Notes: generated by a model from the letters alone, not told the origin. Shown: positions 9,115-18,779, counted from the stretch's first letter. The stretch is 64,000 nt of DNA from an uncultured Candidatus Binatia bacterium (GCA_965214605.1 OZ243961.1:3520001-3584000); one strand, 5' to 3'. Numbers and translations: made by a program.

Positions 9115-11118
9115 TCAGTGCTGGTTTGGATTTGTTTTTGTCGTGGCTTTGGCATTATCCTGTTCACCACAGCTGCCAGCGCGGCCAAGGCTCATGGGCT
9201 GCAGCCTAGGGGCGTGCGGAAAGACCTGCCGCCACCACAGGGGCACGAGGCTGAGGCTGAGGACCGGGAGCGCCACCAGCCAAACCGACCGCCAGGGAAA
9301 CCAGCTTGGGGTCGGGCTGAAAAAGAGCCAGCTGCCAAGTCCTGTTAGCAGCAAAAAGACAGACAGAGCGGCACTGAGCGTCGCCAGCAGCGTCCAGCCC
9401 AGTTGGCGACGTCCCTGGCGGGGGTCTTGACCGAGCGCCCGGTGCTGGGGGCCCCAAAAACCCGGCGGGCGGACTTGGCGGTAGAAGGCCTGCAGTTGCC
9501 CATCGTCCACTCTGGCCGTTTGCACCGAGGTCCATATACCCGCGGCAGACGAAACGGCCGCCACGCTGAGCAGGCGCAGGGCTTCATAGCTATCAGGGAC
9601 AGTGAGCAGAAGGATCGGAGCCAGCACACACGACACGCCTATGGTGGTGAGTTCCCCGACTGCGGTAATCCGCCACCACACCCAGCGCAGGACCAACATG
9701 ACACCTATGCCAGCCCCAAATAGGAGGCTGATTTTCCAGGCCGTTTGAATTGAGGAGAGGTGGAACATGATGATCAGAGCGATGGCCAAAATCCCAATAT
9801 TTGCCCCGCGTGCCACCCAAACTAGCGAACGGTCGCTTGGCTCGCGCCCCAGCCACCGTTGGCACACCAGGCGGCGGTAGATATCGTTGCTCCAGTACGA
9901 TGCACCCCAGTTCAGATGGGTATCAACCGTTGAGGCCAGGGCGGCCAGCAGACCCATCAACATCAGGCCTTTGAGACCCGGAGGCAGGAGTTCGGCAATC
10001 CCACGGACAAAGGACGCCTCCCGGTCTGCAGTTAGCGCGCTCCCGGTCAAGCTTGGCTCGGGCGGCAGCAGAACGAGCAGACCTAGGCCGATCGTAATCC
10101 ACAACAGACTACGAAAAACGACCTGGACCAGGGTAAATATCAGGCTGGCCCGTTTGGCATCAAGATCGCTCCGACAGGCCATGCTCCGCTGGGCAAGATA
10201 GCCTGTACCGTCCGCATTCATTTGTACCAGCCATTGGAGGGCAAGCACGGCCAGAAACGCGACTGAAACGTCTTTGGCCTGAGAGGGGGTAAAGGCCAGG
10301 AGCTGGCTGGCTTGTATTCCGCCCGGACCGGCCTGGCCGATGTAGATGACCGACAGCTGTCCGGCCAGAGTGCTTAGTCCGCCGACCTCGGCGAGGACCC
10401 AGCCGGCGTAGGCAGCCGTGGCCAGCATGGCCACACTAAATTGCAGCACGTCGGTTGCCACCACGCTGCGCAATCCGCCGGTTGTCGAGTAGAAAACGGT
10501 GACTAGCACGATCAGAGCGATGGATAACAGGTTGTTGGTCGAGCGAATCCACACCTCCGGACTGTTGTCGGTGAGCGTGGTCAGGGGGGTGTTGAGCCAC
10601 TGTACGGCGGACAAAAGCGGCTCGTACAGCTCTGGGCTGAGCCAGCGATGCCAGACCAAAAAGGGCTCTGCAATGCGCGTTGTGGCCAGCAGAACGATAG
10701 CCAGCACCGTACAGTTGAAAATTGTCCCCAAATAGATCGCCTTCACTCCACGCAGCAGGAGGGCAGTGGGGGAGCCGTAGCGCCGCTCGGTCAACTCGGC
10801 GTCGGTCAGCACGCCGGCCCGCCGCCAGGCCGGGGCCAGGACAAAACCGACCAACAGAAAGGACAGGGCGTAGGACCAGATCCACCAGAGGGAAAAAATG
10901 CCGGACACCGCCAGCAGACCAGTACATAACAGCGGCGTATCCGCGGCAAACTGAGTCGCCGCCATGCTGATTCCCGCCTGCCAGCCGTTCAGACTCCGAC
11001 CGGCCAAAAAGTACTCTTCTAAATTCTTTGAGGCGAGGCGACGGGAACGCAGGCCCGCGCTGATGGCGTACACTAGGAAGGCGACCAGAATGCAGATGTC
11101 AATCGTCTCCAGACCCAT
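9115..11118 (-). CDS. Sodium:solute symporter (SSS/SLC5) family protein
   Basis: YFLAGRSL, GGLRSVVATD, AQRSMAC and GLLAALAST motifs; many hydrophobic segments. Confidence 0.9.
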   Translation of the reverse strand: MGLETIDICILVAFLVYAISAGLRSRRLASKNLEEYFLAGRSLNGWQAGISMAATQFAADTPLLCTGLLAVSGIFSLWWIWSYALSFLLVGFVLAPAWRRAGVLTDAELTERRYGSPTALLLRGVKAIYLGTIFNCTVLAIVLLATTRIAEPFLVWHRWLSPELYEPLLSAVQWLNTPLTTLTDNSPEVWIRSTNNLLSIALIVLVTVFYSTTGGLRSVVATDVLQFSVAMLATAAYAGWVLAEVGGLSTLAGQLSVIYIGQAGPGGIQASQLLAFTPSQAKDVSVAFLAVLALQWLVQMNADGTGYLAQRSMACRSDLDAKRASLIFTLVQVVFRSLLWITIGLGLLVLLPPEPSLTGSALTADREASFVRGIAELLPPGLKGLMLMGLLAALASTVDTHLNWGASYWSNDIYRRLVCQRWLGREPSDRSLVWVARGANIGILAIALIIMFHLSSIQTAWKISLLFGAGIGVMLVLRWVWWRITAVGELTTIGVSCVLAPILLLTVPDSYEALRLLSVAAVSSAAGIWTSVQTARVDDGQLQAFYRQVRPPGFWGPQHRALGQDPRQGRRQLGWTLLATLSAALSVFLLLTGLGSWLFFSPTPSWFPWRSVWLVALPVLSLSLVPLWWRQVFPHAPRLQPMSLGRAGSCGEQDNAKATTKTNPNQH

Positions 11119-11228
11119 GCGTGTGTCCGAATGCGCTCATTAGGGGAAACAACAGTGTGACAAATGGGAGACCGAGGGCGTTTTTCAGTATGGATTATAT
11201 TTGCCGCAGTGCGTTAAGATCAACAAAT

Positions 11229-12026
11229 ATGAATAGCCGCCCGCCTCGTGTTGACCATGCGCTCTCTAGCCTGCACCGCCAATGGTGGTTGATTAGCCTT
11301 ATCTCCAGTCTGAGCTTGGGTCTGAGCTCTGCGCTGCTGTGCGTCGGTTGGCGACCCGATGCGGTCCGTCGCTGGGCGTTACTGGCCGGCTGTGTGTTGG
11401 TGACCGAACTGATTTTCTTATGGAGATGGCTCCCGGACAACTATAGACAGCCCGGGCAGCGTCTGCTGCCCGTCTTAGGGATGGGAAACCTCCTAACTAT
11501 TATGCGTGGGCTGCTGGTTGGCCTGTTGGCCGGCTTTCTGGGGGGCGGCTGGCCGCCCGGCTGGCTGGCCTGTCTTCCGGCTGGTCTGTATAGCCTGGCC
11601 GCGGTCGGAGATTGGCTCGACGGCTATGTGTCTCGAAAGACGCACTATACCACCCATCTGGGCCGACGCCTGGACATGGAGGTCGACGCGCTGGGGCTGT
11701 TGGTGGCAACTAGCCTGGCCGTGCAGTATGGTCAACTGCCCGTCTGGTACCTGTGTCTGGGGTTTGCCCCTTATGGTTTTGGATTGGGTCAGTGGTGGCG
11801 GGGATGGCGGGGAAAACCGGTCTATAGCCTTCCGCCGCGGGCGACCCGAGCCGTGATCGGGGGTTGCCAGGTCGGCTTTATCAGCGTCGTCCTGTGGCCC
11901 GTCTTCTCGCCGCCCCTCACCACGCTGGTCGGCCTGCTGTTCGTGATTCCTACCGCGGTGAGCTTTAGCCATGATTGGCTGGCGGTAAGCGGCCGGCTAG
12001 GGGCTGCATCTCCCGATAGCGGCTAG
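11229..12026 (+). CDS. CDP-alcohol phosphatidyltransferase family protein
   Basis: Signature DWLDGYVSRK...GRRLDMEVD preceded by GNLLTIMR; start position uncertain. Confidence 0.88.
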   Translation: MNSRPPRVDHALSSLHRQWWLISLISSLSLGLSSALLCVGWRPDAVRRWALLAGCVLVTELIFLWRWLPDNYRQPGQRLLPVLGMGNLLTIMRGLLVGLLAGFLGGGWPPGWLACLPAGLYSLAAVGDWLDGYVSRKTHYTTHLGRRLDMEVDALGLLVATSLAVQYGQLPVWYLCLGFAPYGFGLGQWWRGWRGKPVYSLPPRATRAVIGGCQVGFISVVLWPVFSPPLTTLVGLLFVIPTAVSFSHDWLAVSGRLGAASPDSG

Positions 12027-12104
12027 GAACATTGTTGCATTTTGTGAGAAATCGTGCATGTTCCTGTGTCGGTGAGGCGCCTGCAAGCCGAAGGAGGGCA
12101 GAGT

Positions 12105-13496
12105 ATGGGTGAAGCCAGTGTTCAGCCAGTAGCGCGTGCCCGTATCCCGACCGCAGAGGGGGAATTCCAGCTGTGTCTGTACAAGAACGGGCAGGCCGGC
12201 AAGGAACATCTAGCGCTGGTGCTTGGGAATGTGGCGGGTCGCCCCGACGTGCTGGTTCGGGTCCACTCAGAATGCTTCACCGGTGACGTCCTAGGCTCTC
12301 TGCGCTGTGATTGTGGCTCCCAACTGAACTGCTCCATGCAGCGAATCGCGCAAGAGGGAGTCGGCATTATTGTCTATCTGCGCCAGGAGGGCCGGGGGAT
12401 CGGTCTGTCCGACAAGCTGCGGGCCTATAATCTCCAAGATCAGGGCCATGGGAGCGTCGAGACCAACCTCCTGCTCTCTCACCAGGCAGCTGAGCACGAT
12501 TACACCGTGGCAGCGATGATTCTCAAAAATCTGGACGTTCTGTCTGTCCGTCTGTTGACCAACATCCCCCTCAAAATCGAGAGCTTGCGAGAGTACGGGG
12601 TAGCGGTTACCGCGCAGATTCCTCTCTCAGCTCCTGTGCCTGCCGGAAATGCTGGCGATCTGCAGACCAAAGTCCAGCGTATGCATCATCTGCTGAGCCT
12701 CGACTCGATTGCCTCGGCCGCCGCGTCCCCCCACGCCGACGTCCCCCCGGCCGCCCACGCCGATACGTATCGGCGCGCCCTCCTGGCGCGCATGGTCGGC
12801 CATCGCCAACGCACCGGCCTCCCATTTGTCACTCTGAGTTATGCCCAGAGCGTGGACGGGTGCATCGCCGCCCGCCCGGGCCAGCCCATGGCCCTCAGTG
12901 GACCGCAAGCGCTCGTCCTGACCCACCAGCTGCGGGCCGACCATGATGCCATTCTGGTCGGTATCGGAACAGTGTTAGCAGACGACCCACGCCTGAGCGT
13001 CCGTCTCGTCAAAGGGCGCAATCCGCAGCCGATTATTGCCGATAGCCGTCTGCGTTTTCCACCCGATGCCAGGCTGCTCCGGAACCCTGACCGAACGGCC
13101 TGGATTGCGACCTGCCAACAGGCCGACGGACACCGTCAGGAGGTCTTTGAGAGCGCTGGCGCACGCGTGCTGCGGCTGCCGCCAAACGCCCGCGGCCAAG
13201 TTGACCTGGCCGTGTTGTTGGAACGCCTTGGACAGCTTGGCATTAACAGCCTGATGGTTGAGGGCGGGACGCGCATCATTACCAGTTTTCTTTCAGAGCA
13301 GTTGGTCGATTCGGTCGTGTTAACCATTGCGCCAAAACTGCTGGGTGGACTGCGAGCCGTGCGTCAACTGCGCCTCCTCGACCCGATCCAACTGCCGCAC
13401 CTGCACAATGTTCGCTATCAACAGCTTGAAGACGACATCATCATGTGGGGCGATCCCGTGTGGGAGGTCCAAGAGGACTGGGCCGTGCAGGAGTAG
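12105..13496 (+). CDS. GTP cyclohydrolase II (RibA-like) fused to RibD C-terminal pyrimidine reductase domain
   Basis: N-half: RVHSECFTGD...RCDCG and QEGRGIGL. C-half: YAQSVDG, AILVGIGTVLADDP and VEGG. AAGGAGG RBS. Confidence 0.9.
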   Translation: MGEASVQPVARARIPTAEGEFQLCLYKNGQAGKEHLALVLGNVAGRPDVLVRVHSECFTGDVLGSLRCDCGSQLNCSMQRIAQEGVGIIVYLRQEGRGIGLSDKLRAYNLQDQGHGSVETNLLLSHQAAEHDYTVAAMILKNLDVLSVRLLTNIPLKIESLREYGVAVTAQIPLSAPVPAGNAGDLQTKVQRMHHLLSLDSIASAAASPHADVPPAAHADTYRRALLARMVGHRQRTGLPFVTLSYAQSVDGCIAARPGQPMALSGPQALVLTHQLRADHDAILVGIGTVLADDPRLSVRLVKGRNPQPIIADSRLRFPPDARLLRNPDRTAWIATCQQADGHRQEVFESAGARVLRLPPNARGQVDLAVLLERLGQLGINSLMVEGGTRIITSFLSEQLVDSVVLTIAPKLLGGLRAVRQLRLLDPIQLPHLHNVRYQQLEDDIIMWGDPVWEVQEDWAVQE

Positions 13497-13498
13497 CT

Positions 13499-14545
13499 AT
13501 GAGGCGTCAGGCGCTGTACTTCACCGCGCCGTATCAGCTTACGGTACGAGAGGAGCCGCTGGCCATACCGCTGGGCGGTCAAATACTGGTCCAAACCGTG
13601 CTCTCGGCCATTAGCTCAGGGACCGAGCTGTTGATCTACCGCGGCCAAGTCCCCACTGATATGGCAGTCGATGACACCATTGCCGCGCTGAGTGGCGATT
13701 TTGGCTTCCCCCTCAAATACGGATATGCGGTTGTTGGGCGTGTCGTCGCCGTGGGGCCGGACGTTTCCTCGGACTGGGAGAGCCGGCTGGTGTTTGCCTT
13801 TCACCCCCATGAGAGCCACTTTGTGACTACGCTGGCCGAAGTCGTTCCGCTACCGGTTGACATGACGCCGGACCAAGCCGTTTTTCTGCCTAATATGGAA
13901 ACCGCAGTCAACCTGCTGATGGATGGCCGTCCGCTGATCGGTGAACGAGTTGTGATTATTGGCCAGGGCATCGTTGGGCTCCTGACTACCCGCCTGCTGA
14001 CTCGCCTGCCGGTCGGTCGCCTAATCAGCCTCGACCGCTATGCCGCCCGGCGAGAACGCTCCCTTAGTCTGGGAGCCCAGGTGAGTGTAGACGCCGAGGC
14101 GACCGACGTGCTGGATCGGATGCGCCAGGCCCTTGAGGATGGCGCGCCGGTCAGAGGGGCGGACCTGACGTATGAGTTGTCGGGCAATCCGGCTGCTCTT
14201 GACCTGGCCATTGCTGCGACCGGCTTCGATGGGCGGGTGATTATTGGCTCGTGGTATGGACATAAGCGGGCGGTGGTAGACCTGGGTGGACGTTTTCATC
14301 GCAGTCGGATTCGCCTGATCAGCAGCCAGGTGAGCAGCATTGCCTCAGAGTGGACCGGTCGCTGGACCAAAGCGCGTCGTTTGCAGCTCGCCTGGCAGCT
14401 ACTCGAACACCGCCCGCCCGGTCCGCGCCTGACTGAGCTGATTAGCCACCGCTTTCCGCTTGGACAGGCGGCTGAGGCTTACGCTCTGCTCGATCAACAG
14501 CCCCAGCACGCATTGCAAGTCGTGCTGACCTATGAGGGCTGCTGA
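13499..14545 (+). CDS. MDR-family (alcohol dehydrogenase-like) oxidoreductase, BchC-like subgroup
   Basis: SAISSGTE, YGYAVVG and Rossmann GQGIVG; lacks the canonical Zn ligands (C, GHE). Confidence 0.85.
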   Translation: MRRQALYFTAPYQLTVREEPLAIPLGGQILVQTVLSAISSGTELLIYRGQVPTDMAVDDTIAALSGDFGFPLKYGYAVVGRVVAVGPDVSSDWESRLVFAFHPHESHFVTTLAEVVPLPVDMTPDQAVFLPNMETAVNLLMDGRPLIGERVVIIGQGIVGLLTTRLLTRLPVGRLISLDRYAARRERSLSLGAQVSVDAEATDVLDRMRQALEDGAPVRGADLTYELSGNPAALDLAIAATGFDGRVIIGSWYGHKRAVVDLGGRFHRSRIRLISSQVSSIASEWTGRWTKARRLQLAWQLLEHRPPGPRLTELISHRFPLGQAAEAYALLDQQPQHALQVVLTYEGC

Positions 14546-14570
14546 GAAACATGACAAGGAGGAAACGCAT

Positions 14571-14966
14571 ATGTATAGGGTTGCCATTAAGCGGGATTTC
14601 GTGGCCCAACACTTTCTGATTGGGGGTGACTGGGGGGCGGAGAATGAGTGGCACTCACACCATTACCAGGCCGAGATTCAGTTGGAAGGCAATAGCCTGG
14701 ATCAGCACGGCTACCTCGTCGACATCGTTGACATTGAGGCCAATCTGGATGACTTGGTGGCCTATTTCCGAGACAAAACCCTGAACGAAAAGCCCGAGTT
14801 CGAGGGCCTCAATCCCAGTATTGAGCGCTTTGCCCACATCTTCTGCCGGGCGCTGGCCGAACGTCTGCAAGCGCCGACCCTCACGGCCCTCACGGTCAAG
14901 CTGTGGGAGCACGAGAATGCCTGGGCATCGTATCGACAGGAAGTGTCGTGCGGGTTGGGCTCCTGA
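14571..14966 (+). CDS. 6-pyruvoyl-tetrahydropterin synthase/QueD (COG0720) family protein
   Basis: FVAQH, HSHHY, LVDI, LNE...NPSIE and VKLWE motifs; AAGGAGG RBS. Confidence 0.88.
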   Translation: MYRVAIKRDFVAQHFLIGGDWGAENEWHSHHYQAEIQLEGNSLDQHGYLVDIVDIEANLDDLVAYFRDKTLNEKPEFEGLNPSIERFAHIFCRALAERLQAPTLTALTVKLWEHENAWASYRQEVSCGLGS

Positions 14967-16030
14967 TCTATGGCAGTCTGGATATTTTGACCGGGGGGTT
15001 TCTGTACGATCGCCTGCTGGTCGACTACCTCCGTCGTCAGGGGGATGAGGTCGAGGTCATCAGCCTGCCGTGGCGGACGTATGGACATCACCTGGCCGAC
15101 AATTTCTCGACCGCTTTTTTCCAGCGCCTATGTCAAACCTCGTGCGATGTACTGATCCAAGACGAATTGAACCATCCGTCGCTATGGTGGCTCAACGGTC
15201 GGCTGAAGCGGCGGGTCGACTACCCGCTGGTCACCCTTGTGCATCTGCTGCGTTCGAGTGAGGCGCGGCCGGCTTGGCAGAACCGTTTCCACCGCTGGGT
15301 GGAACAGCGCTACCTGCGGACCCTTGACGGTTTGATTTTTAACAGCAAAACGACCGGGCGCCAAGTCGAAGCCCTGCTTGGGCCGGGATATCCGAGTGTG
15401 GTGGCCTATCCTGGCTGTGACCATCTCCACCCAACGCTGTGCTCCGACGCTATCGCCGCCCGAGCCCGGCAGCCCGGTGCGCTGCGGATTCTGTTCATCG
15501 GCAACCTGATCCCACGTAAGGGATTGCATGTGCTAATTGAGGCCCTGACGAGTCTTCCTCGACCTGACTGGCAGCTCACAGTGATTGGTGATCTGAACAT
15601 GGACCCCGCCTATGTCCGTCAGGTGCGCCGCCAGATCAACCGGGCCGATCTACAGGCCCAGATCACCCTTCTCGGAGCCGTCCTGCAGGAAAACATCGTG
15701 TCCCACCTTGCCCACCACCAGGTGCTGGCCGTGCCCTCTTTGTACGAGCCGTTCGGGATTGTGTATGTTGAGGCGCTGGGTTTTGGTCAGCCGGTCATCG
15801 CCACCACGGTTGGCGCCGCCCACGAAATTATCAGCCATGGCCGGGAAGGGTTTCTCATTGCCCCCGGCGACAGCGCTGCGCTGGCCCACCATCTCAGCCG
15901 ACTCCACGCCGACCGGCAGGGCTTGGTGCGGATGAGTCTGGCCGCCCAGCAGCGCTACCGCAGCTGTCCGACCTGGGACGAGAGCGCAGGACGGATTCGC
16001 CAATTTATCTCCACTCTAACCAAGCCATGA
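14948..16030 (+). CDS. Glycosyltransferase family 4
   Basis: TGGFLYD, GNLIPRKG and PSLYEPFGIVYVEA motifs. Confidence 0.9.
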   Translation: MRVGLLIYGSLDILTGGFLYDRLLVDYLRRQGDEVEVISLPWRTYGHHLADNFSTAFFQRLCQTSCDVLIQDELNHPSLWWLNGRLKRRVDYPLVTLVHLLRSSEARPAWQNRFHRWVEQRYLRTLDGLIFNSKTTGRQVEALLGPGYPSVVAYPGCDHLHPTLCSDAIAARARQPGALRILFIGNLIPRKGLHVLIEALTSLPRPDWQLTVIGDLNMDPAYVRQVRRQINRADLQAQITLLGAVLQENIVSHLAHHQVLAVPSLYEPFGIVYVEALGFGQPVIATTVGAAHEIISHGREGFLIAPGDSAALAHHLSRLHADRQGLVRMSLAAQQRYRSCPTWDESAGRIRQFISTLTKP

Positions 16031-16989
16031 TTCGTCCCCACCACTACTCGTACTCTCGCTACCTAGCGGCCAAAAAGAGCCTTGATGACCGCTCTCTCAA
16101 CCCCCGGGTGTGGCAGCGTTTTGCTGAGGCCCTGCCCCAGGCCGGCCAGGATCGCCCCCTGCGCTTGCTTGAGGTCGGAGCCGGAATTGGCACGATGGTC
16201 GAGCGAGTGTTGGAAAAGCGGCTGCTGAGCCGGGCGACCTATACCGCTATTGACGTGGAATGGGCCACTATAACCGAGGCCGCCCGTCGCCTCCCACGCT
16301 GGGCCGGTCAGCACGGATTTCACGTCAGCCAAGCCCCGCCGTCTCAAGACCGTTGTCGGCGGCTACGTTTTCAGTCTGGTCAAGAGGGTGGACAAGATAT
16401 TGCGGTCGAACTGGAAGCCGTTGAGCTATCGGCCTTTGTGCGTCGCGAACAGGGCAGACGGACCTGGGATGTCCTCCTCGCCCACGCCTTGCTCGATCTC
16501 GTTGACGTGCCGTCGGTTTTGCCTGGACTGGTGTCTGTTCTTTCGCCGGGTGGGGTGCTGTATTGCACCCTGACCTTTGACGGAGCGACTATTTTCCAGC
16601 CCCAGCTTGAGCCTCAGCTTGACGCCCAGATTGAAGCTTTGTACCACCGGACGATGGACCAGCGTCGTATCGCCGGCGTTCGGTCCGGAGAGAGTCGGGC
16701 CGGGCGACACCTTTTTGGCCATATGCGGACCGCCGGGGTCGAGGTGGTGGCAGCGGGCAGCTCTGACTGGGTTGTGTTTGCCGGGTCGGACGGATACCCG
16801 GCCGACGAGGCCTATTTTTTGCACTGCATTCTTAACACGGTCGAGACCACCCTGACCGGACATCCTGAGCTTGATGCCAAGCGCTTTACGGCCTGGCTGG
16901 CCCGGCGTCACGCTCAGGTTGAGCACGGCTCCTTGGTCTATATTGCCCATCAGTTAGATCTGCTGGGACGCCTAGGGACTCCCCCCTGA
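16027..16989 (+). CDS. Class I SAM-dependent methyltransferase-like protein
   Basis: Motif I LEVGAGIG, HALLDL and PGGVLY; ATGA overlap with the GT gene. Confidence 0.8.
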   Translation: MIRPHHYSYSRYLAAKKSLDDRSLNPRVWQRFAEALPQAGQDRPLRLLEVGAGIGTMVERVLEKRLLSRATYTAIDVEWATITEAARRLPRWAGQHGFHVSQAPPSQDRCRRLRFQSGQEGGQDIAVELEAVELSAFVRREQGRRTWDVLLAHALLDLVDVPSVLPGLVSVLSPGGVLYCTLTFDGATIFQPQLEPQLDAQIEALYHRTMDQRRIAGVRSGESRAGRHLFGHMRTAGVEVVAAGSSDWVVFAGSDGYPADEAYFLHCILNTVETTLTGHPELDAKRFTAWLARRHAQVEHGSLVYIAHQLDLLGRLGTPP

Positions 16990-17002
16990 TAACTCAGGGG
17001 GG
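16981..17002. terminator. Hairpin between convergent methyltransferase gene and tRNA
   Basis: Perfect 9-bp inverted repeat CCCCCCTGA-TAAC-TCAGGGGGG; no U-tract. Confidence 0.45.
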
Positions 17003-17011
17003 GCTGGGGAG

Positions 17012-17084
17012 AGCCACCCATCGGACTTGAACCGACGACCTGCTAATTACGAATCAGCTGCTCTACCAACTGAGCTAGGGTGGC
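17012..17084 (-). tRNA. tRNA-Thr(CGT)
   Basis: GCCACCC acceptor stem, D arm TAGCTCAGTTGGTAGAGC, anticodon loop TTCGTAA, T arm GGTTCAAGTCC; CCA not encoded. Confidence 0.95.
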
Positions 17085-17133
17085 AGAGGGGATGAGCGTA
17101 GATGAAGAGGGATAAATGACGGCTGACAGAATG

Positions 17134-17781
17134 TCAATCGGCCCCGTATGACGGCTCGAATTCCGCCAACAGATCTTGGGCCGCTCGGCTCGGCTCGGCG
17201 ACGCTGCTCAAGGCCGAGATGAGGGCGATGCCGTATGCGCCGGCGGCACGGACCGCCGCGATCCGGCCGGTTTGTATACCGCCAATAGCAAAGAGCGGAG
17301 TTGAGCTGCGGCGGACCGCTTGGCGTAAGCGCTCAAGCCCTTGTGGCTCTCCGTACGCCGCTTTGGAGGGGGTGAAATACACCGGTCCAAAGACCACAAA
17401 ATCCGCTCCCTCGGCAGCCGCAATCTCGGGCGGAGAATGGGTTGAGACGCCGATCAGTTTGTCCGCGCCGAGTAACTGGCGGGCGGTGCGGACCGGAAAA
17501 GACGTCTGTCCAAGGTGGACCCCGTCGGCATCAACGGCGAGGGCAACATCGAGGCGATCGTTAATCAGCAGGCGAGCCGCGTAATGAGCGGTGAGGTCCC
17601 GTAGCCGAGTAGCTAACCGGTATAGCTCCCCACCCTCAAGATCTTTCTCGCGTAGCTGAATGGCGCGAACGCCGCCGTCTAAGGCGGCCCAGACGACGTC
17701 GGGCAAGGGCCGGCCGGCCGTCTGGTGGCGGTCGGTGACAAAATACAAGCGGAAGTCGAGCACTTTATTCGAGGAGCCCAT
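17134..17781 (-). CDS. thiE: Thiamine-phosphate synthase
   Basis: QLREK, INDRLD, GVHLG, GVSTHS, TPSK and AIGGI motifs. Confidence 0.9.
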   Translation of the reverse strand: MGSSNKVLDFRLYFVTDRHQTAGRPLPDVVWAALDGGVRAIQLREKDLEGGELYRLATRLRDLTAHYAARLLINDRLDVALAVDADGVHLGQTSFPVRTARQLLGADKLIGVSTHSPPEIAAAEGADFVVFGPVYFTPSKAAYGEPQGLERLRQAVRRSSTPLFAIGGIQTGRIAAVRAAGAYGIALISALSSVAEPSRAAQDLLAEFEPSYGAD

Positions 17782-18538
17782 CTAAGGGGCTTGAGGCTGT
17801 GGCGTACAGCTTCTTGGGCATACGCCCGGCCAAGAACGCTTTGCGCCCGGCCTGGATACTCAGCTTCATCGCTTCGGCCATCAGGATGGGATTTTTGGCC
17901 GCAGCAATCGCCGTGTTCATTAACACCGCGTCACAGCCCATCTCAAGGGCGACCGCGGCATCCGAGGCGGTCCCAACCCCTGCATCGACGACCACCGGCA
18001 CGGTACTGTTTGCACGAATAATCTGGATATTGTACGGATTACGGATACCTAGCCCGGAACCAATCGGGGCGGCCAGCGGCATAACCGCCGCACAGCCCAT
18101 GTCTTCGAGTTTTTTGCACGAGATCGGGTCGTCGTGAATATACGGCAGGACGATAAAGCCCTCGTTTACCAGCACTTGGGCCGCCTCGAGTGTGGCCGGA
18201 ATATCGGGGAAGAGGGTCTTGTCGTCGCCAATGACCTCCAACTTGACCATATTGCCAACCCCGGCCTCGCGCGCTAGACGGCAGGTCCGAATCGCGTCCT
18301 CAGCCGTGTAGCAACCCGCGGTGTTGGGCAGGATCGTGTACTTGGTGGGATCGATGTAGTCGAGGAGATTCTCTTTGTGCGGGTCGGTGATATTTACCCG
18401 CCGCACGGCGACGGTCACGATCTCAGCCCCCGAGGCCTCAATCGCCCCTTTGGTCTCGGTAAAATCTTTATACTTGCCCGTCCCCACGATCAGGCGCGAT
18501 TGGTACTCTTTGCCGGCAAGAATGAAAGGGTCCTTCAT
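17765..18538 (-). CDS. thiG: Thiazole synthase
   Basis: [30 protein letters not shown] and DAGVG motifs. Confidence 0.97.
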   Translation of the reverse strand: MKDPFILAGKEYQSRLIVGTGKYKDFTETKGAIEASGAEIVTVAVRRVNITDPHKENLLDYIDPTKYTILPNTAGCYTAEDAIRTCRLAREAGVGNMVKLEVIGDDKTLFPDIPATLEAAQVLVNEGFIVLPYIHDDPISCKKLEDMGCAAVMPLAAPIGSGLGIRNPYNIQIIRANSTVPVVVDAGVGTASDAAVALEMGCDAVLMNTAIAAAKNPILMAEAMKLSIQAGRKAFLAGRMPKKLYATASSPLDGLLE

Positions 18539-18578
18539 AGTCCACATACCCCGTTCTGTGTGCGTGAGCTGCTGCGTG

Positions 18579-18779
18579 CTATCCCCCACCCACAAAGTTG
18601 ACGACTTCAACCACATCGCCCGCCTGGAGGCGCTGCTGGTCATACTCAGCGCGGGGGATGATATCTCGGTTCACCTCAGCGGCAATGCGCTTATGGGCGA
18701 GACCCAAATCTTTGACTAAGTCCGCCAGCGTCCAGCCGTCCTGACACTCGCGCTCTTCGCCGTTAAGAACAATCCTCAT
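18579..18779 (-). CDS. thiS: Sulfur carrier protein ThiS
   Basis: 66-aa ubiquitin-like protein ending FVGGG, upstream of thiG. Confidence 0.95.
   Translation of the reverse strand: MRIVLNGEERECQDGWTLADLVKDLGLAHKRIAAEVNRDIIPRAEYDQQRLQAGDVVEVVNFVGGG

Noticed and set aside
12715-12770. Short imperfect repeat CCCACGCCGA x2
   Set aside because: Encodes the interdomain linker (PHADVPPAAHAD); two copies only, not an array.
12105-14966. Riboflavin or queuosine operon
   Set aside because: No ribE/ribH/deaminase or queC/E/F genes nearby, and the catalytic motifs deviate.
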